Positions 36,970-45,092 of a DNA stretch of 64,000 bases are shown in pieces. The translations under genes and the position numbers were made by a program. A model generated the notes under the pieces. That model was given only the letters and a program-made list of their open reading frames with translations. It had not been told where the DNA came from and searched no databases. The DNA lies in assembly GCA_016873735.1 (NCBI GenBank), contig VGWD01000011.1:51-64050 (forward strand), written 5' to 3'. This DNA is from Ignavibacteria bacterium (GTDB lineage: Bacteria > Bacteroidota > Ignavibacteria > Kapaibacteriales > UBA961). Numbering within the stretch: position 1 is the first letter of the stretch; each line of letters opens with the position of its first letter.

Positions 36970-38058
36970 ATGCCTTCACCATTATACATACGACTGCAAT
37001 CGATGCGTGCAAAAATGCAAATTCAATGGGGTGATGCAATGCTGAATTCCCTTCAGCCGATTATGCAATCCAACCTATTGAGAATCCTGGTATCATTGTT
37101 TGTTTTTTCAATCTTCATCGAGCTACTTACAGGGATCATGCTGAGTCTGCATTTTACACCCTCTTCAAGCATGATTCTCACCGATAAAGGCAAACCAACT
37201 ACTGTAAAGATACCCAGCAAAGTAGTGCTTGATCAGGAAGGTGATACGCTTGCAATGCCGGGGGAATTACTTCTTCGTGAAGCAAGGCAACAAGACATCA
37301 AACCCACAATCTCTTTTGTGTCAGTCAAAAGCATTGAGTCTTCCTTTCCACTGAATATTATTCGAATGATTCATCGCATGAACACACATGCCTTGCTTGC
37401 GATTCTTATGTCAATTATTCTGATGATTATCGTTCATCTGAGAGACACCACACTGTTCAAAGGTATGTGGTTCTTATTATTGGTACTTGGCACCGGGATG
37501 TCTCTGATTACTTGGACAGGGTATATCCTTCCATGGGATCAATTTGCATCAACCTCATATTCAGTGGTTTCGGGATTTATCAGAACCGGATTGGAGTCAT
37601 TCGGGGTCTCATTCGAATCCTTCAGTTCAGGCGCATTTCAAACAGATTTCATCGCAAGATTATTTAGCATCCATGCTTTGTTACTACCTGCCTTGATGTT
37701 GTTGTTGTTATTCTACATCAAGATGAAATTGCAGACACAAATTACATATTCAAATAATGTTTTTGGATATGGATTTGTTGTGTTGATCATTATCATGGGC
37801 ATTGTTCGTTCAGGTGATACTACATTGTTCCCTCCTTCCGATGCTTATGTTCCAACAATCATTGGAATCGAACCAGCTTGGTTCTTCCAGCCATTGCATG
37901 GCATCGTAAGCGCTCTTCCAGCTGATGCAGGCATTCTTGTGATTGCATGCGCGATGATGATATTTCTTGGCCTACCATTCATCTCATCATATCGACTAAG
38001 GATGATAGCATTGGCAATTGTCGCTATTGCAACGGTCTTTTTTGCCCTGGCTTATTGA
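36970..38058 (+). CDS. Cytochrome b (PetB/QcrB-like), divergent; heme bH ligands absent
   Basis: ELLTGIMLSLHFTP, IRMIH, TGYILPWDQ, RLFSIH..LLP, IEPAWFF (PEWY equivalent). Exact start uncertain. Confidence 0.85.
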   Translation: MPSPLYIRLQSMRAKMQIQWGDAMLNSLQPIMQSNLLRILVSLFVFSIFIELLTGIMLSLHFTPSSSMILTDKGKPTTVKIPSKVVLDQEGDTLAMPGELLLREARQQDIKPTISFVSVKSIESSFPLNIIRMIHRMNTHALLAILMSIILMIIVHLRDTTLFKGMWFLLLVLGTGMSLITWTGYILPWDQFASTSYSVVSGFIRTGLESFGVSFESFSSGAFQTDFIARLFSIHALLLPALMLLLLFYIKMKLQTQITYSNNVFGYGFVVLIIIMGIVRSGDTTLFPPSDAYVPTIIGIEPAWFFQPLHGIVSALPADAGILVIACAMMIFLGLPFISSYRLRMIALAIVAIATVFFALAY

Positions 38059-39291
38059 TATCGCATGTGCATTGAAGTAATCACCCCTGTTCTACCGGCC
38101 TGATTGACTGATCTCACAGAAATCATGTTCTTCCCATCTCGGAGCTTTAATTGAAATGTATGTCCGGTAACTTTATTCCAGGTTTGCTCTCCATTGATAT
38201 TGATTTCATAATGAGAAAACCACGGAGCATTATTTGTTAGATGAATGGTAAAGTCAGGGATTGCCTGCTGATCCGACATCAACTTCTTGAATTCTTCCTG
38301 AGAACTGACTGAATCAGAGGCAACAATCGAAGCTACATCACCGGAAGGAGTATTGAATTCAAACAGCAAATGCGTTCTGTTAACATTAAAATATGCTTCA
38401 CTGACTTATGACAAAAATATTATGGGTTTGGAATTTCCGCCTTGACTTGTCATGAATTGCTCTTCTTTACCAAAAGGCAAAACATACATTACTTCCTTTG
38501 CATTTACCTTCATGTCGAACATCATATATGCCATATACCTTTTTTATGAAGTCGATATACGTTTGTTCGGATTTATCATCAATTCTGACCAACTTCTTCA
38601 TACCGTCCATCATGATTATATCAATTGCTGATACTTGTTTATTTGTCAATGACTGAAACAATTCATGATAGTTGATATATTCACCCTTCTTTTTAAGTAT
38701 GTAGCCAAATTGTGGGTCGATCATAACCCATTTGTTCAATTCATCAGACCATGCTTCACACAATGTGTGACTTACCCCCATACCACCATAAGCAATATCA
38801 GCATGTGTCACGCCGATGATTCGACATATGTAACCCAGACTATGCAGAATATCCGTATAAACCTTTGCATACTCAATGCAACTGAATGATCTCCCTTGTT
38901 CAGCGGATTGCAGAACATCAAGTGATGACATTCCGGAGGGGCTTATCGACCCATCATGCTTCCATCTTGAATGAAACCAATCAAGAATATCAGCAAATGC
39001 CTCAATATCTGAAGATGTTCTGGGCTTTAATCGCTCGAGAACAAATTCACTAAGAATTTGAGTTTCTTTTTTCTTTTGAAATATGGGCAATGGTAGATAA
39101 AAGAATGCAACATCCAAATGATGATTGTTTGATGAGTCCACAATGATTTTTTTTAGCGGCCGAGAATATACGGGAGGTGTTTGCACATATGTGAAAACAC
39201 AAAAAAACAATATGGCTTTCAATAATGGTTGTATCACGTATGGCATTTTAAATGTGGTCAATTTCGCAAACAAAGACACAATCAGTTCCAA
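38052..39291 (-). pseudogene. Transglutaminase-like domain protein, disrupted by frameshift and in-frame stop
   Basis: Triad FSCIEY/SHTLCE/MIDPQ in the 5' part. Removing one A from the A6 run (38540-38545) gives FIKRYMAYMMFD...KPIIFLS*VSEAYFNVNRTHLLFEF, joining ORF 38052-38369. TAA at 38406-38408. Confidence 0.8.
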
Positions 39292-39352
39292 AAAGTAACA
39301 GCTTTGATGTACTTAATTGAAAACTCCTTAAAAGTATATTACTTAAGGATTC

Positions 39353-40699
39353 CTATCGTTTCTTGAAACCTACTTCCTCTGCTGTTTTTTTGATACGCCA
39401 CAATTCTTTTCCGGATTTATCATAGAGCACGAATGAAATAGAGCGTGAATTTCCGGCTCCGGAAAATTCAAGCATGCCAAAATTGTGAACATATGTAGCT
39501 GTATTGGGAACACTCAGGGGATTTTTATCTTGTTCGGTTGCTGAAGTGAATGTACCTGATGTCAATGGAGAAGATGTGAAATCAAAGAGCGGATAATTCA
39601 ATCCACTTTCACTTGAAGGTAATTCACTCAATTCTGCATAATGCCTGTCGCCGGAAAGAAATATCACCCCTGTTATCCCTTCCTTGGCAAGCAATCCAAT
39701 CAATTCATCTCTTTCTTGCTTGAATATTGCATAATTCTCGAATCGTGGCAATGGATTGATAAATTGTCCACCCATGGCGATCACTTTGAACGTTGCACTA
39801 CTGGATACAAGATTATCAATCAACCATTGTTTTTGATCTTGACCCAATATAGTTCGTTCACCGGTCATCCTTTTATTCGGAGTGCGGAAAAATCGATTAT
39901 CAAGCAAAAAGAATTGAACATCCCCCCATTGAAATGTTGTATAAATTCCCTCACTCGAAGCATTCCCATACGTGGGATTTCCCCAAAATTGCATAAATGC
40001 ATCGCGAGCATCTTGTTTTAACAGATATCCTCTGTCAGAATCATTCGGACCATAATCATGATCATCCCAAATGGCATAATGATGAACCGAACCGAGCAGT
40101 GGTTGTAATTCAGGAATTGAGCGCGTATGCTCATAGCGTCTAAAAATACCAATCCTCGAAGTATAATCTGCCTCTCGTAAATAAACATTATCTCCAAGCC
40201 AAATCATCAAATCAGGTTTCTTTCCAAGAATTCCGGATAAAATACCGAGATCATTCCCATATGGTTTTCCAGGCCTATCATACTTGGCTTCATTCACATA
40301 GAAACAACTACCGAGTGCTACGCTAAATGACGGAGGATCACTTCTCCATTGCCAGAGTGGCGGAATGCTGAACTCAAGTGGATGCGCGCTCCGTATTGTT
40401 TGTCCATTCACGCCGACTGAATATGTATATCGCTTTCCGGGTTCAACTGAGTCAAGCACAATGTGCAAACGGTGACCATTATTCGCATCGGATTTATATA
40501 TAATACTATGTTGTTCGGCAGAGGATGCATCAATCGGTGCATATTGAACTCGTACATCGGATTGTTTGGTCATTTGCAACCAAATGGTCACTTGCCTCAT
40601 ATCAGCATGGGTAACCATCGGACCTGCTTTGATCGGACTTTCAGATTGGGCATACAAGTGAATTGAACAAAGAACGAATAGAATGCTATAGAGTAACAT
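39353..40699 (-). CDS. phoD: Alkaline phosphatase D family protein
   Basis: Signal peptide, LGSC, WLGDNVY..AD, IWDDHD, LDNRFFR, LSGDRH. Confidence 0.93.
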   Translation of the reverse strand: MLLYSILFVLCSIHLYAQSESPIKAGPMVTHADMRQVTIWLQMTKQSDVRVQYAPIDASSAEQHSIIYKSDANNGHRLHIVLDSVEPGKRYTYSVGVNGQTIRSAHPLEFSIPPLWQWRSDPPSFSVALGSCFYVNEAKYDRPGKPYGNDLGILSGILGKKPDLMIWLGDNVYLREADYTSRIGIFRRYEHTRSIPELQPLLGSVHHYAIWDDHDYGPNDSDRGYLLKQDARDAFMQFWGNPTYGNASSEGIYTTFQWGDVQFFLLDNRFFRTPNKRMTGERTILGQDQKQWLIDNLVSSSATFKVIAMGGQFINPLPRFENYAIFKQERDELIGLLAKEGITGVIFLSGDRHYAELSELPSSESGLNYPLFDFTSSPLTSGTFTSATEQDKNPLSVPNTATYVHNFGMLEFSGAGNSRSISFVLYDKSGKELWRIKKTAEEVGFKKR

Positions 40700-40784
40700 G
40701 GCAGATCATTGAAGATATTGGTATTCTCCGCGTAAATTGATTGTTTTGCAGTGAATTCACAAGTCAAATTGAGGAAATGCACAT

Positions 40785-41561
40785 ATGACCTTTGAAGAAA
40801 TCGCCGGCTATTGTCTTGCAAAGCCATATGCAGAAGAAACATATCCATTTGATGAAACGACAATGGTCATGAAAATAAGGGGGAAAATGTTTGCTTTATT
40901 GGATTCAACAACGATGGAAACCATCAATCTAAAACATCCACCAGATGATATACCGGGTTTATTGGAGAGGTATGAATGCATTAGTCCCGGGTATCATATG
41001 AGTAAAAGGCATTGGGTCACGGTACATTTCAAGCATGCAGACATGAGAGATCAGGACATTATCAAATTGATCGATATTTCTTATGATTTGATTGTGGATT
41101 CATTGCCAAAGAAATTCAGAATTCCTCTTACAACTTCATATACTACTTTCACTACTCTCGATGCAGAATATCAAGAATCCTTACTTCTCAGACAAACAAT
41201 ATTGCGGGAACCTCTCAATCTAACATTGACAGAAGATGATCTCATTGGAGAAGACAAGGAAATACATATCGGCGGAATCTTTCAAGGTCGATTGATAGCA
41301 TGTTGCATACTGTCTCCTCGCGATGGCATTCAGGCAAAAGTGAGGCAAGTAGCTGTTGACACACGCTTTCAGGGAATGGGGATAGGTAGTGCATTGATGA
41401 ATCATGCAGAAAGCATTACACTGAACATGGGCATTGAATCAATCATTCTTCATGCCAGGAAACATGTGGCACAATGGTATGAATCACAGCACTATGAAAT
41501 CTTGGGTGATGAATTCACTGAAGTAGGAATTCCTCATGTATGCATGATCAAGTATCTGTAG
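40785..41561 (+). CDS. MmcQ/YjbR-family domain fused to GNAT acetyltransferase
   Basis: N-terminal ETYPFD..VMKI.GKMFA..PGYHMSKRHW; C-terminal VRQVAV..FQGMGIG, LHAR, FTEVGIPH. Confidence 0.88.
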   Translation: MTFEEIAGYCLAKPYAEETYPFDETTMVMKIRGKMFALLDSTTMETINLKHPPDDIPGLLERYECISPGYHMSKRHWVTVHFKHADMRDQDIIKLIDISYDLIVDSLPKKFRIPLTTSYTTFTTLDAEYQESLLLRQTILREPLNLTLTEDDLIGEDKEIHIGGIFQGRLIACCILSPRDGIQAKVRQVAVDTRFQGMGIGSALMNHAESITLNMGIESIILHARKHVAQWYESQHYEILGDEFTEVGIPHVCMIKYL

Positions 41562-43185
41562 TACCTTTAGGTATTGCCGGTTCAACAAGAATCACTTCTT
41601 CCCTTTCCATGAAAACAGCTCCCGGACCTGCACCTTTGGGTTTTCTAACATACTTTTTCAATGCATAAGCAACAGGAACAAAACCCGCTTTTCTTGATTG
41701 AGAAAAATATGCGGTTATAGCTGCTGCTTGTTCCAATAGTTGTTTTGGAATGTCTTTAGGGCCACGCAAGACTCCATGCGAACCACTCACTCCCCTGGCA
41801 TGAAGCCATAGATCATTCGGTTTAGCAAATTTCGCGGTCAATTGATCATTGTTTTGAGCATTTCTTCCAATATACAATGTAAAAGAATCAGATAATACAA
41901 ATACCCTGTATGGCGATTGATGAGTTGTATTGGCTTTATTTGTATCTCCCGATTGTACTTTCACTTGCAATTGCATTTCTTCCAATGTTTTTCTGTCTTG
42001 AATCTCGGGAAGTCTTATTTGAAATTGCATCACTTCTTGCAACTGTTGAAGATACATTGGAAGCATAGCTCTTTTTTGTGCATCACGTTCCTTTGACCTT
42101 TTTGCTCTTCGGTAATAATGTTCTGCATGTTCTGCATATGTTTTTCCTTTCTGTACTGGAATCGTATAGTTTTTTCCATCATGAGAAAGTAATATCTGTT
42201 CATCATGAACACGTAATGCAGGATATGGCATGGAAAGGAGCAATGTTGCAATCAATTGAGACTCATCTATGCGTTGTTGCGAGATTGCTTCATCGGATAA
42301 GTGGTGGACATGTTTTTCAAGTGTTTCCCTTCGATGTTTCAATTCTTGTTCAAGCTTTTTTTTCAATGATTGGATTGCTGATTCTTTACTTAGAACTCCG
42401 CGATATCTTCGAATTGCCTGACTCCATGAATGTCCTGACCAAATCACTTCTTGTTCTTTCTGAACATGAATTGTCGATGGAATAATTTCACCTGTCTTCA
42501 ATCGAAGAATATAAGCCATGTCTGATTGAAGTGATTCATCCATCAAACCTTCATGAATACGATATAATTGTTCAAATTGAGAATCATTCAATGCAGCAAG
42601 CTTTGTATTCCCATCAATCAATCCACCAAGTTGATTGTATCGATCAAGAATTTCATGTGCATAGATTGATCCACAATTACGTGCTTTTGACAAAGCAATA
42701 GACAATGCAACATCTTTGGGGAAATCGTTCAGACTTGGAATAGCGGAAATGGTTGATACATATGGCTCACCAATTTTGACAGGTGCCCGTTTCATGAAAT
42801 CTGTCATGCGATCTTCAGCATCAATTGTAAACAGTGCGGTATTTGATCCGCCAAAGAATTGACCAATCATGCATGCACCGGTCAGTTGTAGAAATATGAT
42901 TCTGTCTGTTGGATGCTTGCTACATGAGGATATTTTTCTTCCGATGATATCTGGGAACATGTCGACGCTATTTCTATTTGCTCTTTGAACGCCATCTTTA
43001 AGTGCCAATATTGGCTCTGATGGTATCATGGACCATTCAATATGCTCATGCAATGACCCATCGGGTGTTTCACAATGAACAATTACACAATGTTTTTCTT
43101 GGCTATAGCACTCTGTAATGATCATATCCGAGCATCGATCATTGATTTCTTTCGCCAGGTGATGATAAATATGATGATGTCTCAT
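41548..43185 (-). CDS. rqcH: NFACT/Rqc2 (FbpA) family ribosome quality control protein
   Basis: TDRII, coiled coil, NFACT-R IGRNA.NND.LT...DLWLHA....GSH...YFS...VRKPK. Start moved to ATG 43185. Confidence 0.85.
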   Translation of the reverse strand: MRHHHIYHHLAKEINDRCSDMIITECYSQEKHCVIVHCETPDGSLHEHIEWSMIPSEPILALKDGVQRANRNSVDMFPDIIGRKISSCSKHPTDRIIFLQLTGACMIGQFFGGSNTALFTIDAEDRMTDFMKRAPVKIGEPYVSTISAIPSLNDFPKDVALSIALSKARNCGSIYAHEILDRYNQLGGLIDGNTKLAALNDSQFEQLYRIHEGLMDESLQSDMAYILRLKTGEIIPSTIHVQKEQEVIWSGHSWSQAIRRYRGVLSKESAIQSLKKKLEQELKHRRETLEKHVHHLSDEAISQQRIDESQLIATLLLSMPYPALRVHDEQILLSHDGKNYTIPVQKGKTYAEHAEHYYRRAKRSKERDAQKRAMLPMYLQQLQEVMQFQIRLPEIQDRKTLEEMQLQVKVQSGDTNKANTTHQSPYRVFVLSDSFTLYIGRNAQNNDQLTAKFAKPNDLWLHARGVSGSHGVLRGPKDIPKQLLEQAAAITAYFSQSRKAGFVPVAYALKKYVRKPKGAGPGAVFMEREEVILVEPAIPKGTTDT

Positions 43186-43257
43186 CTCAATAAATGGCCT
43201 CAAGTCTTGCGTCTTTCGTAATTTGCACACTGCAATATAAGATTATGAATGGAGCTC

Positions 43258-44613
43258 ATGAATTCTGCCCCCACTTCTTCCGGTTTGGTACGTTCACTTG
43301 GATTGAAGGAAGCCACTGCCCTCAACATGATTGACATGGTTGGCATAGGGCCTTTCATCGTCCTTCCCATAGTGATCCAATCAATGCATGGTCCACATGC
43401 CATCATTGCTTGGCTTGCCGGAGCTTTGCTCGCACTTGTCGATGGGTGCATCTGGGCGGAATTGGGAGCAGCAATGCCACAGGCAGGAGGTAGTTTCGTA
43501 TTCTTGAGGGAAAGTTATGGCAAATCTTCATGGGGTTTGCTCATGTCTTTTCTCTTCATTTGGCAAACTGTTTTCCAAGCTCCATTGGTAATTGCATCGG
43601 GTGCCATTGGATTTTCTCAATATGCTTCCTATCTGATACCAGTAACTCCCATTATGCAGAAGGTGATTTCAGGGTCTGTGGTTATTCTCATCTTTTTGTT
43701 ACTGTATAGAAATATCAGGGACATCGGTAAAATTTCAATGTTTATGTGGATTGCGGTTGTTGGGACAATGCTATGGCTTATCATAAACGGTGGATTGCAT
43801 TTCAATGCGGACTTGGCATTTGGCGGAATTGATGAAGGTCCGAGTTTTATGTCTTCTGTCTTTTTCGTGGGGCTCGGACATGCCATGTTGAAAACAGTAT
43901 ACAGTTATTTGGGCTATTATAATGTTTGTCATCTTGGTGGTGAAATATCCAAACCGGAAACAGTTATTCCCAAAAGCATTGTTCTTTCCATTATCGGCAT
44001 TGCCATGTTATATTGTGCCATGCATCTAAGTATTGTGGGTGTTATTCCTTGGCAGCAGGCTCGGCAATCGACATTTATTGTAAGCACATTCATTGAACGA
44101 TTGCATGGCCCTTTGGCTGCGCAAATCGCTACAGGACTGATTTTGTTTATAGCTTTTGCATCATTGTTTTCTGTGACCCTTGGTTATTCACGAATACCGT
44201 ATGCCGCCGCAAAAGAAGGTGCCTTTTTTCACATGTTTTCAGCAGTACATCCAAAAGAGCATTTCCCCCATGTTTCACTCATGATTTTATGCGGGATAGC
44301 ATTTGTGTTTTCACTATTGTTCAGGATGAGTGAAATCATCAGTGCTATCGTTGCAATGAGGGCATTGGTTCAATTCATCGGCGGGGCAATCGGTTTGATT
44401 CTCTTGAGAAAAAGGAAAACGATTTCATTACCCTGGAAGATGCCCTTTTATCCATTGCCAATAATCATGGCAATACTCATTTGGTTGGGATTGTTTTTGT
44501 CAACCGGATATTATGCATTGATGGGTATAGTTTTTATCTCGATTGGCATCATCGTCTATCTTGTCATGGCCCGCAAGAAATCGAGTTTCCCTTTTCAAGG
44601 ATTGGCAGAATGA
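43258..44613 (+). CDS. APC-family amino acid permease
   Basis: LVRSLGL, MVGIGPF, WAELGAAMP.AGG, GGEI..P...IP; about 12 TMs. Confidence 0.93.
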   Translation: MNSAPTSSGLVRSLGLKEATALNMIDMVGIGPFIVLPIVIQSMHGPHAIIAWLAGALLALVDGCIWAELGAAMPQAGGSFVFLRESYGKSSWGLLMSFLFIWQTVFQAPLVIASGAIGFSQYASYLIPVTPIMQKVISGSVVILIFLLLYRNIRDIGKISMFMWIAVVGTMLWLIINGGLHFNADLAFGGIDEGPSFMSSVFFVGLGHAMLKTVYSYLGYYNVCHLGGEISKPETVIPKSIVLSIIGIAMLYCAMHLSIVGVIPWQQARQSTFIVSTFIERLHGPLAAQIATGLILFIAFASLFSVTLGYSRIPYAAAKEGAFFHMFSAVHPKEHFPHVSLMILCGIAFVFSLLFRMSEIISAIVAMRALVQFIGGAIGLILLRKRKTISLPWKMPFYPLPIIMAILIWLGLFLSTGYYALMGIVFISIGIIVYLVMARKKSSFPFQGLAE

Positions 44614-45047
44614 AGCGCAGAGTTTTTTTTGAACGACTTATTACATTTGGTGCAATTTCAGGTATGTCACTTATTTCATTATTTGGAGTTTTTCCATCAT
44701 TCTTTTCAACAAGACGGACATCAACTAAACTTGTACTTGGAACGGAAGAAGAATTGTTTAAACAGACTTCCTTCATCACCAAACACATTGATAATCGCAC
44801 ATTCATTATGAAAAAGACAGCCGAAGGAACAATTGAAGCATTTGATGCTGCATGCACTCATGCTGGTTGCCCTGTTCAATGGAATGAAATAGATCAGACA
44901 TTTTTATGCAAATGCCATGGTGGGATATTTGATGCTCAAGGTTTACCGCTGGCAGGGCCACCAAAAAAACCTCTGAATAAACTGACTGTGAAAAAAAGGG
45001 ACATTACAGAGGAGCTCATCATATATCTTGATAATGAGCAAGAATAA
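44610..45047 (+). CDS. Rieske 2Fe-2S protein with Tat signal anchor (QcrA/PetC-like)
   Basis: MKRRVFF + TM; CTHAGC and CKCHGG boxes; GPP..PL. ATGA overlap with the permease stop. Confidence 0.92.
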   Translation: MKRRVFFERLITFGAISGMSLISLFGVFPSFFSTRRTSTKLVLGTEEELFKQTSFITKHIDNRTFIMKKTAEGTIEAFDAACTHAGCPVQWNEIDQTFLCKCHGGIFDAQGLPLAGPPKKPLNKLTVKKRDITEELIIYLDNEQE

Positions 45048-45080
45048 AAAAAGACCAAATATTCATTTGGTCTTTTTTTT
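45046..45080. terminator. Bidirectional intrinsic terminator (Rieske/clpC)
   Basis: AAAAAAAGACCAAAT-ATTC-ATTTGGTCTTTTTTT. Confidence 0.9.
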
Positions 45081-45092
45081 ATGATTTCATGT

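Noticed and set aside
38406..38408. Stop-codon recoding (Sec/Pyl or alternative code)
   Set aside because: The codon is TAA, which terminates many genes in this window, and it accompanies a frameshift.
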